Assembly: GCA_039028615.1 (NCBI GenBank) | Contig: JBCCHT010000015.1 | Coordinates: forward strand, 170,981 to 234,980 | Length of the DNA: 64,000 bases | Origin: Myxococcota bacterium | Lineage (GTDB): Bacteria > Myxococcota_A > Polyangia > Nannocystales > Nannocystaceae | Direction of reading: 5' to 3' | Shown here: positions 18,653 to 28,948 of the stretch, piece by piece | Layout of the letters: every line of letters begins with the position of its first letter | How positions within the stretch are numbered: position 1 is the stretch's first letter | Made by a program: the position numbers and the translations under genes | Notes under the pieces: model-generated | The model's input: only the letters and a program-made list of their open reading frames with translations | What the model was told of the DNA's origin: nothing | Databases searched by the model: none

Positions 18653-19102
18653 ATGCCGTCCGCATTCGAGCCCCGCGATCCCGACTGGGAGGGCAAGGTC
18701 CGCCGCAGCTTCGAACGCCAGGGGGTGATGGGCTTGTTCGGCGCGCGCTTGGCCGCGGTTCGACCAGGCAACGTACAGATCGAGGTTCCGTTCGCGCAGA
18801 AGCTGTCGCAGCAGCACGGCTTCTTTCACGCGGGGATCACCTCGACCATCGCCGACTCCGCCTGCGGCTACTCGGCGTTCTCGTTGTTTCCGCCGGCGAC
18901 CATGGTGCTGACGACGGAGTTCAAGATCAACCAGCTGGCTCCTGCCGACGGGGAGCGGCTGTTGGCGGTGGGCTCGGTGATCAAGCCGGGGCGGACGCTG
19001 ACCGTGGTGGAGGCGGAGGTCTTCGTCGACAAGGGGGAGCGGCGGACGCTGTGCGCGAAGATGTTGGCCAGTGTCATCTGCCGCGAAGGGCAGGACGGGT
19101 AG
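18653..19102 (+). CDS. PaaI family thioesterase (hotdog fold)
   Basis: QQHGFFHAGITSTIADSACG, TTEFKIN, VIKPGRTL. Confidence 0.92.
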   Translation: MPSAFEPRDPDWEGKVRRSFERQGVMGLFGARLAAVRPGNVQIEVPFAQKLSQQHGFFHAGITSTIADSACGYSAFSLFPPATMVLTTEFKINQLAPADGERLLAVGSVIKPGRTLTVVEAEVFVDKGERRTLCAKMLASVICREGQDG

Positions 19103-19115
19103 GGCAGGCGGCGGC

Positions 19116-20189
19116 TCAAAGCGACATCATGTAGTCGTACATGTCGCGGCGGCCTTCGGCCCATAGCCCGTGCCGTAGCTCGGGAATGCGGCAGTAGGCC
19201 ACCTCGCCGCCGTCGACGCATCCCGTGTATCGCAAGCAGGGCTCGGGATCGCGGGCCTCGGTTTGGTCGCTACAGCCCTGGCGTACCCGATAGCCCTCCC
19301 GCGTCGCTTCTTCGTCGGCATGACGGGTGGTGTCGTCTTCACCCATCACGCTCAGCACCATCACCTCACCCGCGCAGGTCTGAGCGGCGGCTCCGTTGTA
19401 CGGATCGCAAAGCCCGGTGCCGTACGAGAAGCAGCGGCCTCCGTTGGGCACGATGGCTCGAATGCGGTCACCCCGGACGCAGCCGAGGTGAAACGCCATC
19501 TGCCCGCCGTTGCTGTTGCCGATGACGAAGACCCGGTTGAGGTCGATGCAGTAGTCCGCCGCGATCCGGTCGAGCACCTGGTCGAACACCGTGACGCTGT
19601 CGTCGAAGCTGAAGGGCACGAAGTGATTCTCGGGCCAGTTGGGATGCCCCCAGCCCTGGGGCGCGACGTTGATCGAGACTCCGCCGTCGTCTTCGCTGAA
19701 CACGTCGAGCCGAAACTGGTTGGTGTTCGCCGTACCGCCGACCCCGTGGTAGCTGAAGATCAACGCATGCGGATGCTCGGTATCGTAGGGCTCGGGCACG
19801 AACATGTCGTAGGAACGCTCGACGCCGCCGACGGTGGTCGTCTCTCCCGCAATCGCCCCGGTGGCGGGGGCTCGCAGACCACAGCCCGCACTCGGCCGGA
19901 CGGGCGGCGGACCTCCGCCTCCGGTCGAACCCGTCTCGTCCTCGGAATCTCCGCTCGTGCTCGTCGTGGAAGGACTGTCGTCGTCGGAGCCGGTCTCGGT
20001 TTCGTCGGCCGAGCCCGTCGTCGTGGGCATCGGGGCCTCGGCCGTCGAGGCATCGCCGTCGTTCGGCGATGCCAGGCCCGTGCTCGTGCCGCTGCCTCGG
20101 CCGGGGTCGAGCGACCCGTCGTCTCCACACCCCAAGGGCAGGCACAGCACCCCCGCCGCGACCCCACGCGTCCAACGATCCAACCGCAT
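19116..20189 (-). CDS. PHB-depolymerase/feruloyl-esterase-like alpha/beta hydrolase lipoprotein
   Basis: Lipobox PLGC; Thr/Ser linker; PSAGC, YHGVGG, CIDLNRVFVIGNSNGG, terminal His. Confidence 0.85.
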   Translation of the reverse strand: MRLDRWTRGVAAGVLCLPLGCGDDGSLDPGRGSGTSTGLASPNDGDASTAEAPMPTTTGSADETETGSDDDSPSTTSTSGDSEDETGSTGGGGPPPVRPSAGCGLRAPATGAIAGETTTVGGVERSYDMFVPEPYDTEHPHALIFSYHGVGGTANTNQFRLDVFSEDDGGVSINVAPQGWGHPNWPENHFVPFSFDDSVTVFDQVLDRIAADYCIDLNRVFVIGNSNGGQMAFHLGCVRGDRIRAIVPNGGRCFSYGTGLCDPYNGAAAQTCAGEVMVLSVMGEDDTTRHADEEATREGYRVRQGCSDQTEARDPEPCLRYTGCVDGGEVAYCRIPELRHGLWAEGRRDMYDYMMSL

Positions 20190-20315
20190 CGACCCCAAGC
20201 CTGACACGGGAATTCGGCTCGCGCCGGTCTCACCGCGCGGTGTTTTTGCGAGGAGTTTTGCTCGCTGATCGCGGCGTAGTGGTCCTGGGTGGCGATACAG
20301 ACGATGACCGCCCGA

Positions 20316-22880
20316 TCACCACGAGCACGCTTGCGCCTGTCCCATCGCGCACAGGTCTGCCATCGCGTCGCGGATCTGCTGCAGGCGTGGATGTTCGTCG
20401 CCCAGGCTCGCTCGAAACGCGACCGCGGCCTCGTTCATTCGGGTGAACGCGGGCTCGTAGTGTCCCTGCGCCAACAATGCCCGACCGATGTCGAAGGTCG
20501 TCTGGGCGGTCTCGTGATGCTGCGGCCCGAGCAGGGCTCGCTGCACCCGGGCCGCCTGCTCGAAGTGGCGTAGTGCGGTCGTGGGCTCTCCGCGTTGCAG
20601 CTGCGCCCGACCGATGTCGTCGAGGATTCGCGCCGCCACGCGATGGTGTCCGCCCACGCTCTTGTCGAGGATGTCGTAGCCCGATTGGAAGTAGCGCAGC
20701 GCCTCGTCCAGCTCGCCGCGGGCCAAGTGTACGCGGCCGATGCTGCTGTGACTGCGCGCGACGTCGGGGTGCCCCGGCCCGAGGCTCTCGCTGCGCACCC
20801 GGAGCGCCCGGCGGTGCCATCGCGTCGCGTCATCGACTTCCTGCCGCCACAGCGCGAGGTTCCCCAGGTTCGCGTAGCTATGCGCGGCCTCGGGGTGGTC
20901 GTCGCTCAAGACCTTCTGCCGCAGCCCCAGCGCGCGGTGGTGCCACAGCTCGGATGACTCATAGTCGCCGTCGACCTCGTGCACGAGCGCCACGTTGTTG
21001 GCCCACTGCGCGGCATCGAGTCCGTCCATTCGCCCCAAGCGCTCGAGCAACCCCTCCGCCACGTCGGCCCACTGGAGCGCCTCGTCGATGCGCGTGAGGT
21101 GATAGCCCTGCACCCGCAGCAACATCGTGGCCGCTCGTGCGGCCAGCGGATCGCTGCCGGACGCGAGCGCGAGCTTGAACGCGGTGCGCAGCTGCTCGAG
21201 GACCTCGGCGTAGCGACCGAGCTCGCTGTGGGCATCGGCGACCGCGATCCGAGCCTCGGCCTCGAGCGGCGGCCACTCGAGCGTCATGGCCGTCGAGACC
21301 GCCTGCTGGGCCAGCGCGCCGCCGCCCCAGTAGTCGCCCGCGTCTCGCAGCGCGGACGACCGCGCGAGCTGCTCGCGAACCTTGCTCAGCCGTGGGTCCT
21401 GGTGCAGTCGCTCGGGGATCACCGGTCGTTGCGCCATCGCTCGCTCGTCGGCGCAGGACTCGAGCTGGCTGAAGTTCGCGGCCGCCTTGGCGGCCCCCGC
21501 CACCATGTCGACGTTGGCATCGCCAAAGACCTCGAGCATGACCGCCAGCTGCTCGCGTTGCTCGTCGAAGCAGGTGGTCGCCATCTGAAGCTTGGCGGGC
21601 TCCAGCCCTTCGTCCCTGCGCGCCTGCAGGCAAAGCTGGGTGCGGTCGCGGGCCCAGCGAGCCGTCCAGGGATCGAGCCAGGCCGACATGCGCTCGTGGC
21701 TGGCCTCGGCGAAGCTCGAGCCGGTCTCCATGAATGCGTGCCGAAGTCGGGCCCGCGCATCGTCGTTCCAGACCTCGTCGATCTCCTGCCCTTCGGTGTT
21801 GCACTGATCGACGATGCGGTCGGCCCGTTGATGGGCGAGGGTGGTGCTGGTGAAGGTGGTGAGCAGGGCGAGGCCCGCAGCCACGCCGGCCGCGATGAAC
21901 ACCCGTCGCCGTCGCCATGGGTCGCGGGACAGACGGTTGAGCAGCTCGTCCATGCTGCCGAAGCGCTTGCTCGGCTCGACCGCCAGTCCGCGGAGCAGCA
22001 GGGCCCGGACCCACCGCGGCACGTCGCTCGAGCGGGGCTCGGGGCGAAGCTCGCCGGCCAGGATCGCGGCTGCGAGCTCGGCCGCGTTGTCGCCCGGGAA
22101 GGGGCACTCGCCGTAGAGCGCCTCGTGCAGCGTCACGCAGAAGCTGAATTGATCGGAGCGGGCATCGGCCGGGCACCCGCTGAGCTGCTCGGGCGCCATG
22201 TAGGCGGGCGTACCGAGCAGCGCCCCGGCCTTGGTCAGGCCATCGAACGGCGTGGTCTCGAGAAATCCGTCGGGAGCAGGCGACACGAACGCGGGCTCGA
22301 GGTCGTCATGGCCGCCCGCGCGCACGAGCCCGAAGTCCAGCACGACCACGCGGCCGTCGCGACGGATCATCACGTTGTCGGGCTTGAAGTCGCGATGCAC
22401 CAGCCCGTGATCGTGCGCGGCCGCGAGCCCTCGACCCGCTTCGATCACCACGCCCAGGATGTCTCGCCAGCTTCGCTCCCGTTGCAGCGTCCACAGGCGC
22501 AGCGAGTCGCCATCGATGAACTCCATGGCCATGAACACCTGGTGGTCCACGGTGCCCACGTCGTGCACGGTGACCACGTTGGGGTGCGACAACCGAGCCA
22601 TGGCCTGCGCTTCGCGAAGCAGCCGGGCGGGCCCCGATTCGCCCGCCAGCGGCCGCACGAGCTTGATTGCGAGCTTGCGGTCGAGCTGCGGATCGTAGGC
22701 CGCATACACCATGCCCATGCCGCCCATGCCCAGCGGCTCGAGCAGCAAGTAGCGACCCAGGCTGCCCGATCGCACCAGCGACGAGGGTGTCCGACGACGA
22801 GGCGCGGGCGCCTCCCCGGCGGCGCACGAATCCCCGGGCAGGGTTTCGGCTCCGCTATCCACGCTCGCGCACTGTAACAC
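20316..22880 (-). CDS. Membrane Ser/Thr protein kinase with C-terminal TPR repeats
   Basis: LGMGGMGMVY, AIK, VHRDFKPDN, DFG, GTPAYMAPE; one TM; TPRs such as LGPGHPDVA; exact start uncertain. Confidence 0.95.
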   Translation of the reverse strand: MLQCASVDSGAETLPGDSCAAGEAPAPRRRTPSSLVRSGSLGRYLLLEPLGMGGMGMVYAAYDPQLDRKLAIKLVRPLAGESGPARLLREAQAMARLSHPNVVTVHDVGTVDHQVFMAMEFIDGDSLRLWTLQRERSWRDILGVVIEAGRGLAAAHDHGLVHRDFKPDNVMIRRDGRVVVLDFGLVRAGGHDDLEPAFVSPAPDGFLETTPFDGLTKAGALLGTPAYMAPEQLSGCPADARSDQFSFCVTLHEALYGECPFPGDNAAELAAAILAGELRPEPRSSDVPRWVRALLLRGLAVEPSKRFGSMDELLNRLSRDPWRRRRVFIAAGVAAGLALLTTFTSTTLAHQRADRIVDQCNTEGQEIDEVWNDDARARLRHAFMETGSSFAEASHERMSAWLDPWTARWARDRTQLCLQARRDEGLEPAKLQMATTCFDEQREQLAVMLEVFGDANVDMVAGAAKAAANFSQLESCADERAMAQRPVIPERLHQDPRLSKVREQLARSSALRDAGDYWGGGALAQQAVSTAMTLEWPPLEAEARIAVADAHSELGRYAEVLEQLRTAFKLALASGSDPLAARAATMLLRVQGYHLTRIDEALQWADVAEGLLERLGRMDGLDAAQWANNVALVHEVDGDYESSELWHHRALGLRQKVLSDDHPEAAHSYANLGNLALWRQEVDDATRWHRRALRVRSESLGPGHPDVARSHSSIGRVHLARGELDEALRYFQSGYDILDKSVGGHHRVAARILDDIGRAQLQRGEPTTALRHFEQAARVQRALLGPQHHETAQTTFDIGRALLAQGHYEPAFTRMNEAAVAFRASLGDEHPRLQQIRDAMADLCAMGQAQACSW

Positions 22881-23277
22881 TTCGACCTCGTCGCTCGCGG
22901 CGAGGGTGGGGCGCTTTCGCTCCGTGCACAGACGTCGACGCGACGACCGCCGACGCCGTCACCGCCGAGCGCCAACACGAACACCAACATGGTCATCGTC
23001 GATGCGTTCACTCGGTTCGTGGGTGTCACGTTCCGGTCGGGCCTCGGGTGCAGACCACGGAGTGGATCCGGCTGTCACTTCGAGCGGTCGTGGTTGGAGT
23101 TCGCGGCATGCATCGAGCGAGCGGGGGTGATCCCAAACTCGCCCGATTCGGGCCCCCGTCGGTGAATGGCGGCCGCTGTTCCCCGCCTGGCTGCGTATCG
23201 ACCGGGGTGGATCGCAGCGGTGATATGATCGATCGCGGCGGTTCGCCCCTTCTCGAGCTTGGATTGGAGCCTGAACG

Positions 23278-24639
23278 ATGAAACTAGCCCCGACGTCTCT
23301 TCCCGTGTTGATGGCTGCGGCCACGCTCGTCGCCTGCGGACCGAGCACCGCCGAGACCGAGCCCGGTCGCGAGACGGGCTCGTGCATCGAGGACGAGTGC
23401 CTCGGTGACCTGGTGTGCGTGGCGGACATGTGTGTCGATCCCAATGCTGGTGCCACGGACACGGGGACGCCGAGCGTGGACGACTCCGGCACGGGCTCGG
23501 GTACGGTTCCCGGGTCCGACGAGACCCAGGGCGAGCCAGAGACGCTCGACTCGGTGAGCCTGCTGGTCGTGCTCGACAACTCGGGCACCATGGGGGAAGA
23601 GCAGGGCACGCTGAGCTTCTCGATGCGGGCGGTTCCCGCCGCGCTCGATGCCCTGGGCGTCAACTGGCGCATGGGCATCACCACCACCGACAACGGCAAC
23701 CCCTGGTGTCAGGGCACGGGGCCCGAGGGCGGGGCGCTGCGGCTCACCTCCTGCCGTTCGCGGCCGGCGGAGTTCGTGTTCAACGGAGCCATGGACATCG
23801 ATGCGTTCGAGATCTGCGAGGTGCCCTGTCCGCCCGAGTGGGAGACGATCGAGATCGAGCCCAGCGGGATCTTCGACGACCCGACGCCCGCCGTGCGGCC
23901 GTGGGTGGAGAGCATGGGCGGACAGACCAACCTCCCCGAGGGCCTGTTCTACGAGGACGCGGTCGAGTGCCTGCTGCCCCAGGGCATCAACGGGTGCGGC
24001 TTCGAGTCACCGCTGGAGTCGATGCGAAGTGCCATCCGGCGGGCGCAGACCCCCGGCGACCCCAACTACGGCTTCTTGCCGCCGGGTTCCTTGCTCGTGG
24101 TGTTGATCGTGACCGACGAGGTGGACTGCTCGTACAACCCCTCCCACGAGACGATTTTCCTGCCGGAGGGCGAGCGGGTGTTCTGGTCTGATCCCGACGC
24201 CGCGGCCCCGACCTCGGCGGTGTGCTGGAACGCCGGGGTGGCGTGCGACGGCGCCGACTGTCGCCCCGAGAATTTCGATCCCAGCGGCGGCGTGGTGGAT
24301 CCGGCCACCGCGGAGAACGACGCGGTCTTGTACCCGCTGACGCGCTACAGCAACGAGCTGGCCGCGCTGGACGACGCGGTGATGGTCACCATCAACGGCA
24401 TCCAGCCGGGGGGCACCGTGCAGTACGAGCCGGGCACCGACCAGGATTTCCTGCGGAATTTCGGCATCGGGGCGGGCTGCACGAGCAGCGCCGGGCCGGC
24501 GGTACCGCCCGTCCGCATTCGCCAGCTGGCCGCCACGGTCAACGGCGATGTCGCGTCGAACCAGGTCTCGATCTGCCAGGCGGAGTACGACGACGCGGTG
24601 GAGGCCATCGTGGCCGCCGTGCAACAGCGCTTCCCCTGA
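23278..24639 (+). CDS. Cys-rich VWA-like lipoprotein (paralog A)
   Basis: SD GGAG; lipobox LVAC; VVLDNSGTMGEEQ, GITTTD, GCGFESPLESM, IVTDEVDCS. Confidence 0.85.
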   Translation: MKLAPTSLPVLMAAATLVACGPSTAETEPGRETGSCIEDECLGDLVCVADMCVDPNAGATDTGTPSVDDSGTGSGTVPGSDETQGEPETLDSVSLLVVLDNSGTMGEEQGTLSFSMRAVPAALDALGVNWRMGITTTDNGNPWCQGTGPEGGALRLTSCRSRPAEFVFNGAMDIDAFEICEVPCPPEWETIEIEPSGIFDDPTPAVRPWVESMGGQTNLPEGLFYEDAVECLLPQGINGCGFESPLESMRSAIRRAQTPGDPNYGFLPPGSLLVVLIVTDEVDCSYNPSHETIFLPEGERVFWSDPDAAAPTSAVCWNAGVACDGADCRPENFDPSGGVVDPATAENDAVLYPLTRYSNELAALDDAVMVTINGIQPGGTVQYEPGTDQDFLRNFGIGAGCTSSAGPAVPPVRIRQLAATVNGDVASNQVSICQAEYDDAVEAIVAAVQQRFP

Positions 24640-24836
24640 GCCCGGGTCGCAGCACGGAGGCCGCCATCGTGCCCGCCGAGGCTCGATGGCGTGTGTGCTG
24701 CACCCCACAGGTCAGTCTTAAAACACGAATCTTAAAATCCTGAATGGGCGGGACCGTTCGGTCGACGGTCCCGAGGGCGGGTGCTACTCGTGACACCGAG
24801 GGAGACGGCCGTACCGTCGCCCAGAGTCGAGTATCC

Positions 24837-26237
24837 ATGAACTTGCGCTTTGTTGCGTCGAGCCTCGCGTTCGCGACCGGTCTCCAATGGGGTATTGCCT
24901 GTGGCGACGAGGCGCCCTGTACCCCCGGCTCCGAGGCGTGTGCGTGCACCAGCGAGGGCCTGTGCCTCACCGGTCTGACGTGCCTGTCCGGTTTCTGTGT
25001 CGACCCCGATGCCAGCCCGATGACCGAGGGGTTCCCCAGCGCGGCCGCGGACACGGGGGACGGCACGGGGCCGAGTTCAGGCTCGGGACCGCAGCCCGAC
25101 CCCGACTCGGGGACGCAGGAGACCGGAGGGCAGGACGTCCCGCTCGACTCCGTCAGCATCCTGGTGGTGGTCGACAACACGGGCACGATGGGCGACGAGC
25201 AGGCGGCGCTGAGCGAGGCGCTGGGCGAGGTCCCGGGGGCCCTCGAAGCCATGGGTATCAGCTGGCGGCTGGGCATCACCACCACCGACGACGGCAACCC
25301 CTGGTGCCAGGGCACGGGGCCCGAGGCGGGCGAGCTGCAGCTGTCGTCCTGCCGCTCGCGACCCGACGAGTTCGTCTTCGACGGGCTCATCGAGGTCGAT
25401 GTCTACGATATCTGCGAGAACCCGTGCCCGCCCGAGTGGGCGACGATTCAGGTCGAGCCGACCGGCATCTTCGACGACCCCGTGCCCGAGCAACGCCCCT
25501 GGATGGAGAGCATCGCGGGTGACAACAACCTCCCCGCCGGGCTGAGCTATCCCGACGCCGTGCACTGCCTCGTGCCGCAGGGCATCTCCGGCTGCGGCTT
25601 CGAGGAGCCGCTCGAGTCCATGTACAAGGCGGTCTTGCGCGCTCAGACGCCAGGTGAGGACGGCTACGGCTTCGTTCCCCCGGGGGCGTTGCTCGTGGTG
25701 CTGTTCGTGACCGACGAGGTGGATTGCTCGTACAACCCGGACCACGAGACGATCTTCTTGCCCGATGGCGAGCGGGTCTTCTGGGAAGACCCGACCGCGG
25801 CCGCCCCTTCGTCGGCGCTGTGCTGGAACGCGGGGGTCTCGTGCCTGGGCGAACAGTGCGAGGCGGAGAACTACGGGGTCACCGGGGCGCCCGTGGCCGG
25901 CGGCACCGAGCTCGAAGACGCGGTCTTGTACCCCGTCTCGCGCTATGCCGATCAGCTCGCCGCGCTCGATGATGCGATCGTCATGACCATCAACGGCGTG
26001 CAATCCGACGGTGGCGTCGTCTACCAGCCGGGGACCGACCCCGACTTCGTGGCGGACTTCGGCATCGGTCCCGGCTGCGAGGGGCCGCATGGGCCCGCCG
26101 TGCCTCCCGTGCGGGTTCGGGAGCTGGCCATGCAGTTCACGGGCGCCACGAGCCAAAACGAGTTCTCGGCCTGCGACCCCTCGTACGCCGATGCGATGGA
26201 CGCGATGGTGTCCGCGATTCAGGCACGCCTGCGCTGA
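24837..26237 (+). CDS. Cys-rich VWA-like lipoprotein (paralog B)
   Basis: Lipobox GIAC; VVDNTGTMGDEQ, GCGFEEPLESM, FVTDEVDCS; collinear with paralog A. Confidence 0.85.
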   Translation: MNLRFVASSLAFATGLQWGIACGDEAPCTPGSEACACTSEGLCLTGLTCLSGFCVDPDASPMTEGFPSAAADTGDGTGPSSGSGPQPDPDSGTQETGGQDVPLDSVSILVVVDNTGTMGDEQAALSEALGEVPGALEAMGISWRLGITTTDDGNPWCQGTGPEAGELQLSSCRSRPDEFVFDGLIEVDVYDICENPCPPEWATIQVEPTGIFDDPVPEQRPWMESIAGDNNLPAGLSYPDAVHCLVPQGISGCGFEEPLESMYKAVLRAQTPGEDGYGFVPPGALLVVLFVTDEVDCSYNPDHETIFLPDGERVFWEDPTAAAPSSALCWNAGVSCLGEQCEAENYGVTGAPVAGGTELEDAVLYPVSRYADQLAALDDAIVMTINGVQSDGGVVYQPGTDPDFVADFGIGPGCEGPHGPAVPPVRVRELAMQFTGATSQNEFSACDPSYADAMDAMVSAIQARLR

Positions 26238-26254
26238 GGGGGCCCCGAAACGAC

Positions 26255-26297
26255 GAAGACCGCCTTCGGACCCGAGCGGGCTCGAAGGCGGTCTTTC
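26255..26297. terminator. Probable bidirectional intrinsic terminator between convergent genes
   Basis: AAGACCGCCTTCG (26256-26268) pairs with CGAAGGCGGTCTT (26283-26295). Confidence 0.7.
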
Positions 26298-26312
26298 GTG
26301 CGTGAGCGGGGC

Positions 26313-28739
26313 TCAGCGCGCGGCGGTGTTGCCCACCGGGCGATAGTCTCGGCACGGCTGACCGCGCAGCGAGGGGCAGGCAGGCAGCTCGGGCGCCACG
26401 TCGACCCCGGTCACGACCGGCATCACGATGGAGGAGGCTTGCTCTCCGCCGCGCCCGACGAGGAAGGTGGGCGGCGAGTCGTAGTCGGGCGCCTCGAACT
26501 CCCAGGTCCCATGGTTGCGCCCGGGGGCGCTGACCATCACGCGCAGCGAAGACCCGGCGCGGAAGGCATGGGCGGTCGAGGGAATCTCGATGCGCGCCTG
26601 CACGTACTCGCCGGTCGGCACGGACTCGAAGTCCTCCATGGTGTAGCTGCGGACGATGCGGAGCTCGTCGGAGGCGGCCTCGTCGAATCGCCGATGGCCC
26701 AGGCGCAGCCAGCCCGACTGCACCAAGGTCTCGATCCCGTCGGGGCGCACCTCGGTCAGGGTGACCTGCACGGTGACGTCGTCGACCTCGCTCCGCATCC
26801 ACAGGTCGGCGTAGCCCGGCCCGGCGATGACCGTGTCCGCGGCGAAGGGCTCGGTGACATAGGACAGCAGGTCACCCTCGGCGAACTCGGTCCAGTCGAT
26901 GTCCCACAGCGGCACGGACAGCTGATAGCCCTCGGGGCCGAAGAAGGTCTCCTCCCCCGCGGGGGCATCGAAGCGGTACGAGTCCGCGCCCGCGGTGGCG
27001 GGGCTGTCCGAGCTGAGCAGACCGGACTCGTCGAAGTACCAGCGGGTGGGCGTGGCCTCGGCGGGCGGCCAGGTGTCGTAGGCACTCTCGAAGCGACCGA
27101 GCGGTGCCCCGGGGACCTCGTGGCCGGCTCCGTTTTCGAAGATGACCCGGACCGGAGGCTCCTGCAGGTAGTGGGCGAGGGCACCCTCGTAGTCGTCGTC
27201 GGCGAACTCGGTGAAGCGATCGTCCTCGAAGCCGAGCCCCTCCGCACCGAAGGCCGAGCCGAACTCGGCCCCGGCCGCGGCCCGCACCAGGTCGTTCATG
27301 CGGGGCACCCGACCGGCGACGTAGAACTCGAGGAACTCCCACCAGCGCGTGAGCACCAGGGGCGCATAGCCATCGGGATGGCGGCCGTTGTAGAGGATGA
27401 ACTTGTTCTCCTCGCGCTCGGCGTAGCGGTCGAACATGCTGGCGAACTGGGCCCCCGTCTGCTCGTCCTGGAACGCCCCCGTGTGATAGACGGGCACGTC
27501 GATCTGCTGGATGAGCAGCGGCAGGCTGCGGTCGTCGGCGTCGCGGGGGCGGAACTCGAGGCCGTGCAGGAAGGACTCGAAGTCGATGTTCTGCGAGCGC
27601 AGGACCAGGTTCTCCTCGCAGGCGGCATCGCCCGCGTCCACGCGCTCGGTGACCCAGTTCATGCCTCCCGCCTCGGCCTGCGAGTTGCGGTTTTCGATCC
27701 ACTGCCGGGTGAAGCCGGAGTTGTACACGCCGCCCGGCCACTGCATCTCCCAGGGATCAGCGATGGTGGACAGCGGCGTGATGGCCGACAGCGAGGGCGG
27801 CCGCGTGGAAGCGACGAAGAGCTGGGCGATGCCGGAGTACGAAAGGCCCACCATGCCCACCGTGTTGCCCAAGACCCAGTCCTGGCGGGCGACGGTCTCG
27901 ACGACGTCGTAGCCATCGGCGTGCTGGGCCGGGTTGAACACGTCGAAGACGCCGCCCGAGCAGCCGGTGCCCCGCATGTTGACGCCGACGGTGGCATAGC
28001 CGAGCAGGTTGGCGATCATCGAGCCGGGCTCGACTCGGTCGGGGCGGGATGGTGAGTAGCCCGAGTACTCGACGACGGTGGGCCAGGGCCCCTCGCCGTA
28101 GATGTTGCGGTCGGGGAAGCGCACCATCACGCTCAGCTGCACGCCGTCGCGGACCTCGACGTAGTTGAAGCCGTCGTTGGGGTCCTCGCCGGTATCGATG
28201 CCCAGCGCGGAGGTGAAGATGCCCTTGAGCACCTGGTCCTCGTAGAGCGCGGGATCGGGCACATCGTCGACGCCGAGCACGGAGAAGGGCTCGGTGGTCT
28301 CGATGGGATCGGTCTCGTCGTTGCGGATGACGTAGCCGTCGCCCGCCTTGAGCGTGCCGCCCTCGAGCACGGGGAACATGGTGGATTCGCCGGCCTCGAG
28401 CACGATGTGCTCGTCGGGGATATAGGCGAAGTGGGCCAGGCCTCCCTCGTCGGTGATCATGGTGAGCAGCGCGTCGCCCTCGGGCCCATAGAGGGTCAGC
28501 GGCACGCCGGGCTCGGCCCCGACGACGGTCGCGATTTCCACCCCCGGCCGGACCTCGAAGGTCGCGGGCGTGGTGTTCTCGCCTCCGCTGGAGGTCTCGT
28601 CCGCCTCGGCCGTGGTGCTGGCCATGTCGGGGCCGGTACTGCCGGTCCCCGCATCGTCGACGCTCGGCGCGTCATCACTCGGGCAGCCCGCGAGGGCCAG
28701 GCCCATGATCATCACTCCCCAGTGCAAACGTTCGTTCAT
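26313..28739 (-). CDS. CocE/NonD family hydrolase (peptidase S15) lipoprotein
   Basis: Lipobox LAGC; RDGVQL, MRGTGCSGG, DGYDVVE, GMVGLSYSG, PepX-like C-terminus HAFRAGSSLRV. Confidence 0.92.
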   Translation of the reverse strand: MNERLHWGVMIMGLALAGCPSDDAPSVDDAGTGSTGPDMASTTAEADETSSGGENTTPATFEVRPGVEIATVVGAEPGVPLTLYGPEGDALLTMITDEGGLAHFAYIPDEHIVLEAGESTMFPVLEGGTLKAGDGYVIRNDETDPIETTEPFSVLGVDDVPDPALYEDQVLKGIFTSALGIDTGEDPNDGFNYVEVRDGVQLSVMVRFPDRNIYGEGPWPTVVEYSGYSPSRPDRVEPGSMIANLLGYATVGVNMRGTGCSGGVFDVFNPAQHADGYDVVETVARQDWVLGNTVGMVGLSYSGIAQLFVASTRPPSLSAITPLSTIADPWEMQWPGGVYNSGFTRQWIENRNSQAEAGGMNWVTERVDAGDAACEENLVLRSQNIDFESFLHGLEFRPRDADDRSLPLLIQQIDVPVYHTGAFQDEQTGAQFASMFDRYAEREENKFILYNGRHPDGYAPLVLTRWWEFLEFYVAGRVPRMNDLVRAAAGAEFGSAFGAEGLGFEDDRFTEFADDDYEGALAHYLQEPPVRVIFENGAGHEVPGAPLGRFESAYDTWPPAEATPTRWYFDESGLLSSDSPATAGADSYRFDAPAGEETFFGPEGYQLSVPLWDIDWTEFAEGDLLSYVTEPFAADTVIAGPGYADLWMRSEVDDVTVQVTLTEVRPDGIETLVQSGWLRLGHRRFDEAASDELRIVRSYTMEDFESVPTGEYVQARIEIPSTAHAFRAGSSLRVMVSAPGRNHGTWEFEAPDYDSPPTFLVGRGGEQASSIVMPVVTGVDVAPELPACPSLRGQPCRDYRPVGNTAAR

Positions 28740-28874
28740 CTCAATATCCACTCCCCAATGGCGCGCACGATACACGAGGACCCGGTCGCCGGGGCCGCGG
28801 TCTCGATGGACGCAGACACCAGTGCCGGGCCGTTTTTCCGGGCTCTGACGCGGTTTGGGCGCCCTGCAGCCGCG

Positions 28875-28914
28875 GATTGTGCAAGTTGCCCAACGCGATT
28901 GTGCAACTTGCCCA
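28875..28914. promoter_or_regulatory. Tandem 18-bp direct repeat with palindromic cores between divergent genes
   Basis: GATTGTGCAAGTTGCCCA (28875-28892) and GATTGTGCAACTTGCCCA (28897-28914), 22-bp period. Confidence 0.65.
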
Positions 28915-28948
28915 GTACGCCTCGACCCGGCCCTGCGTTTTCGGCACG

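Noticed and set aside
22881..23277. Small ORF or ncRNA in the ~400-nt gap between the kinase and the VWA-like lipoprotein
   Set aside because: Candidate ORFs run into neighbouring genes in shadow frames, and no convincing SD, motif or structure was found.
28811..28827. Possible sigma54 promoter (minus strand CGGCACTGGTGTCTGC)
   Set aside because: GG-to-GC spacing is 11 nt rather than the required 10.
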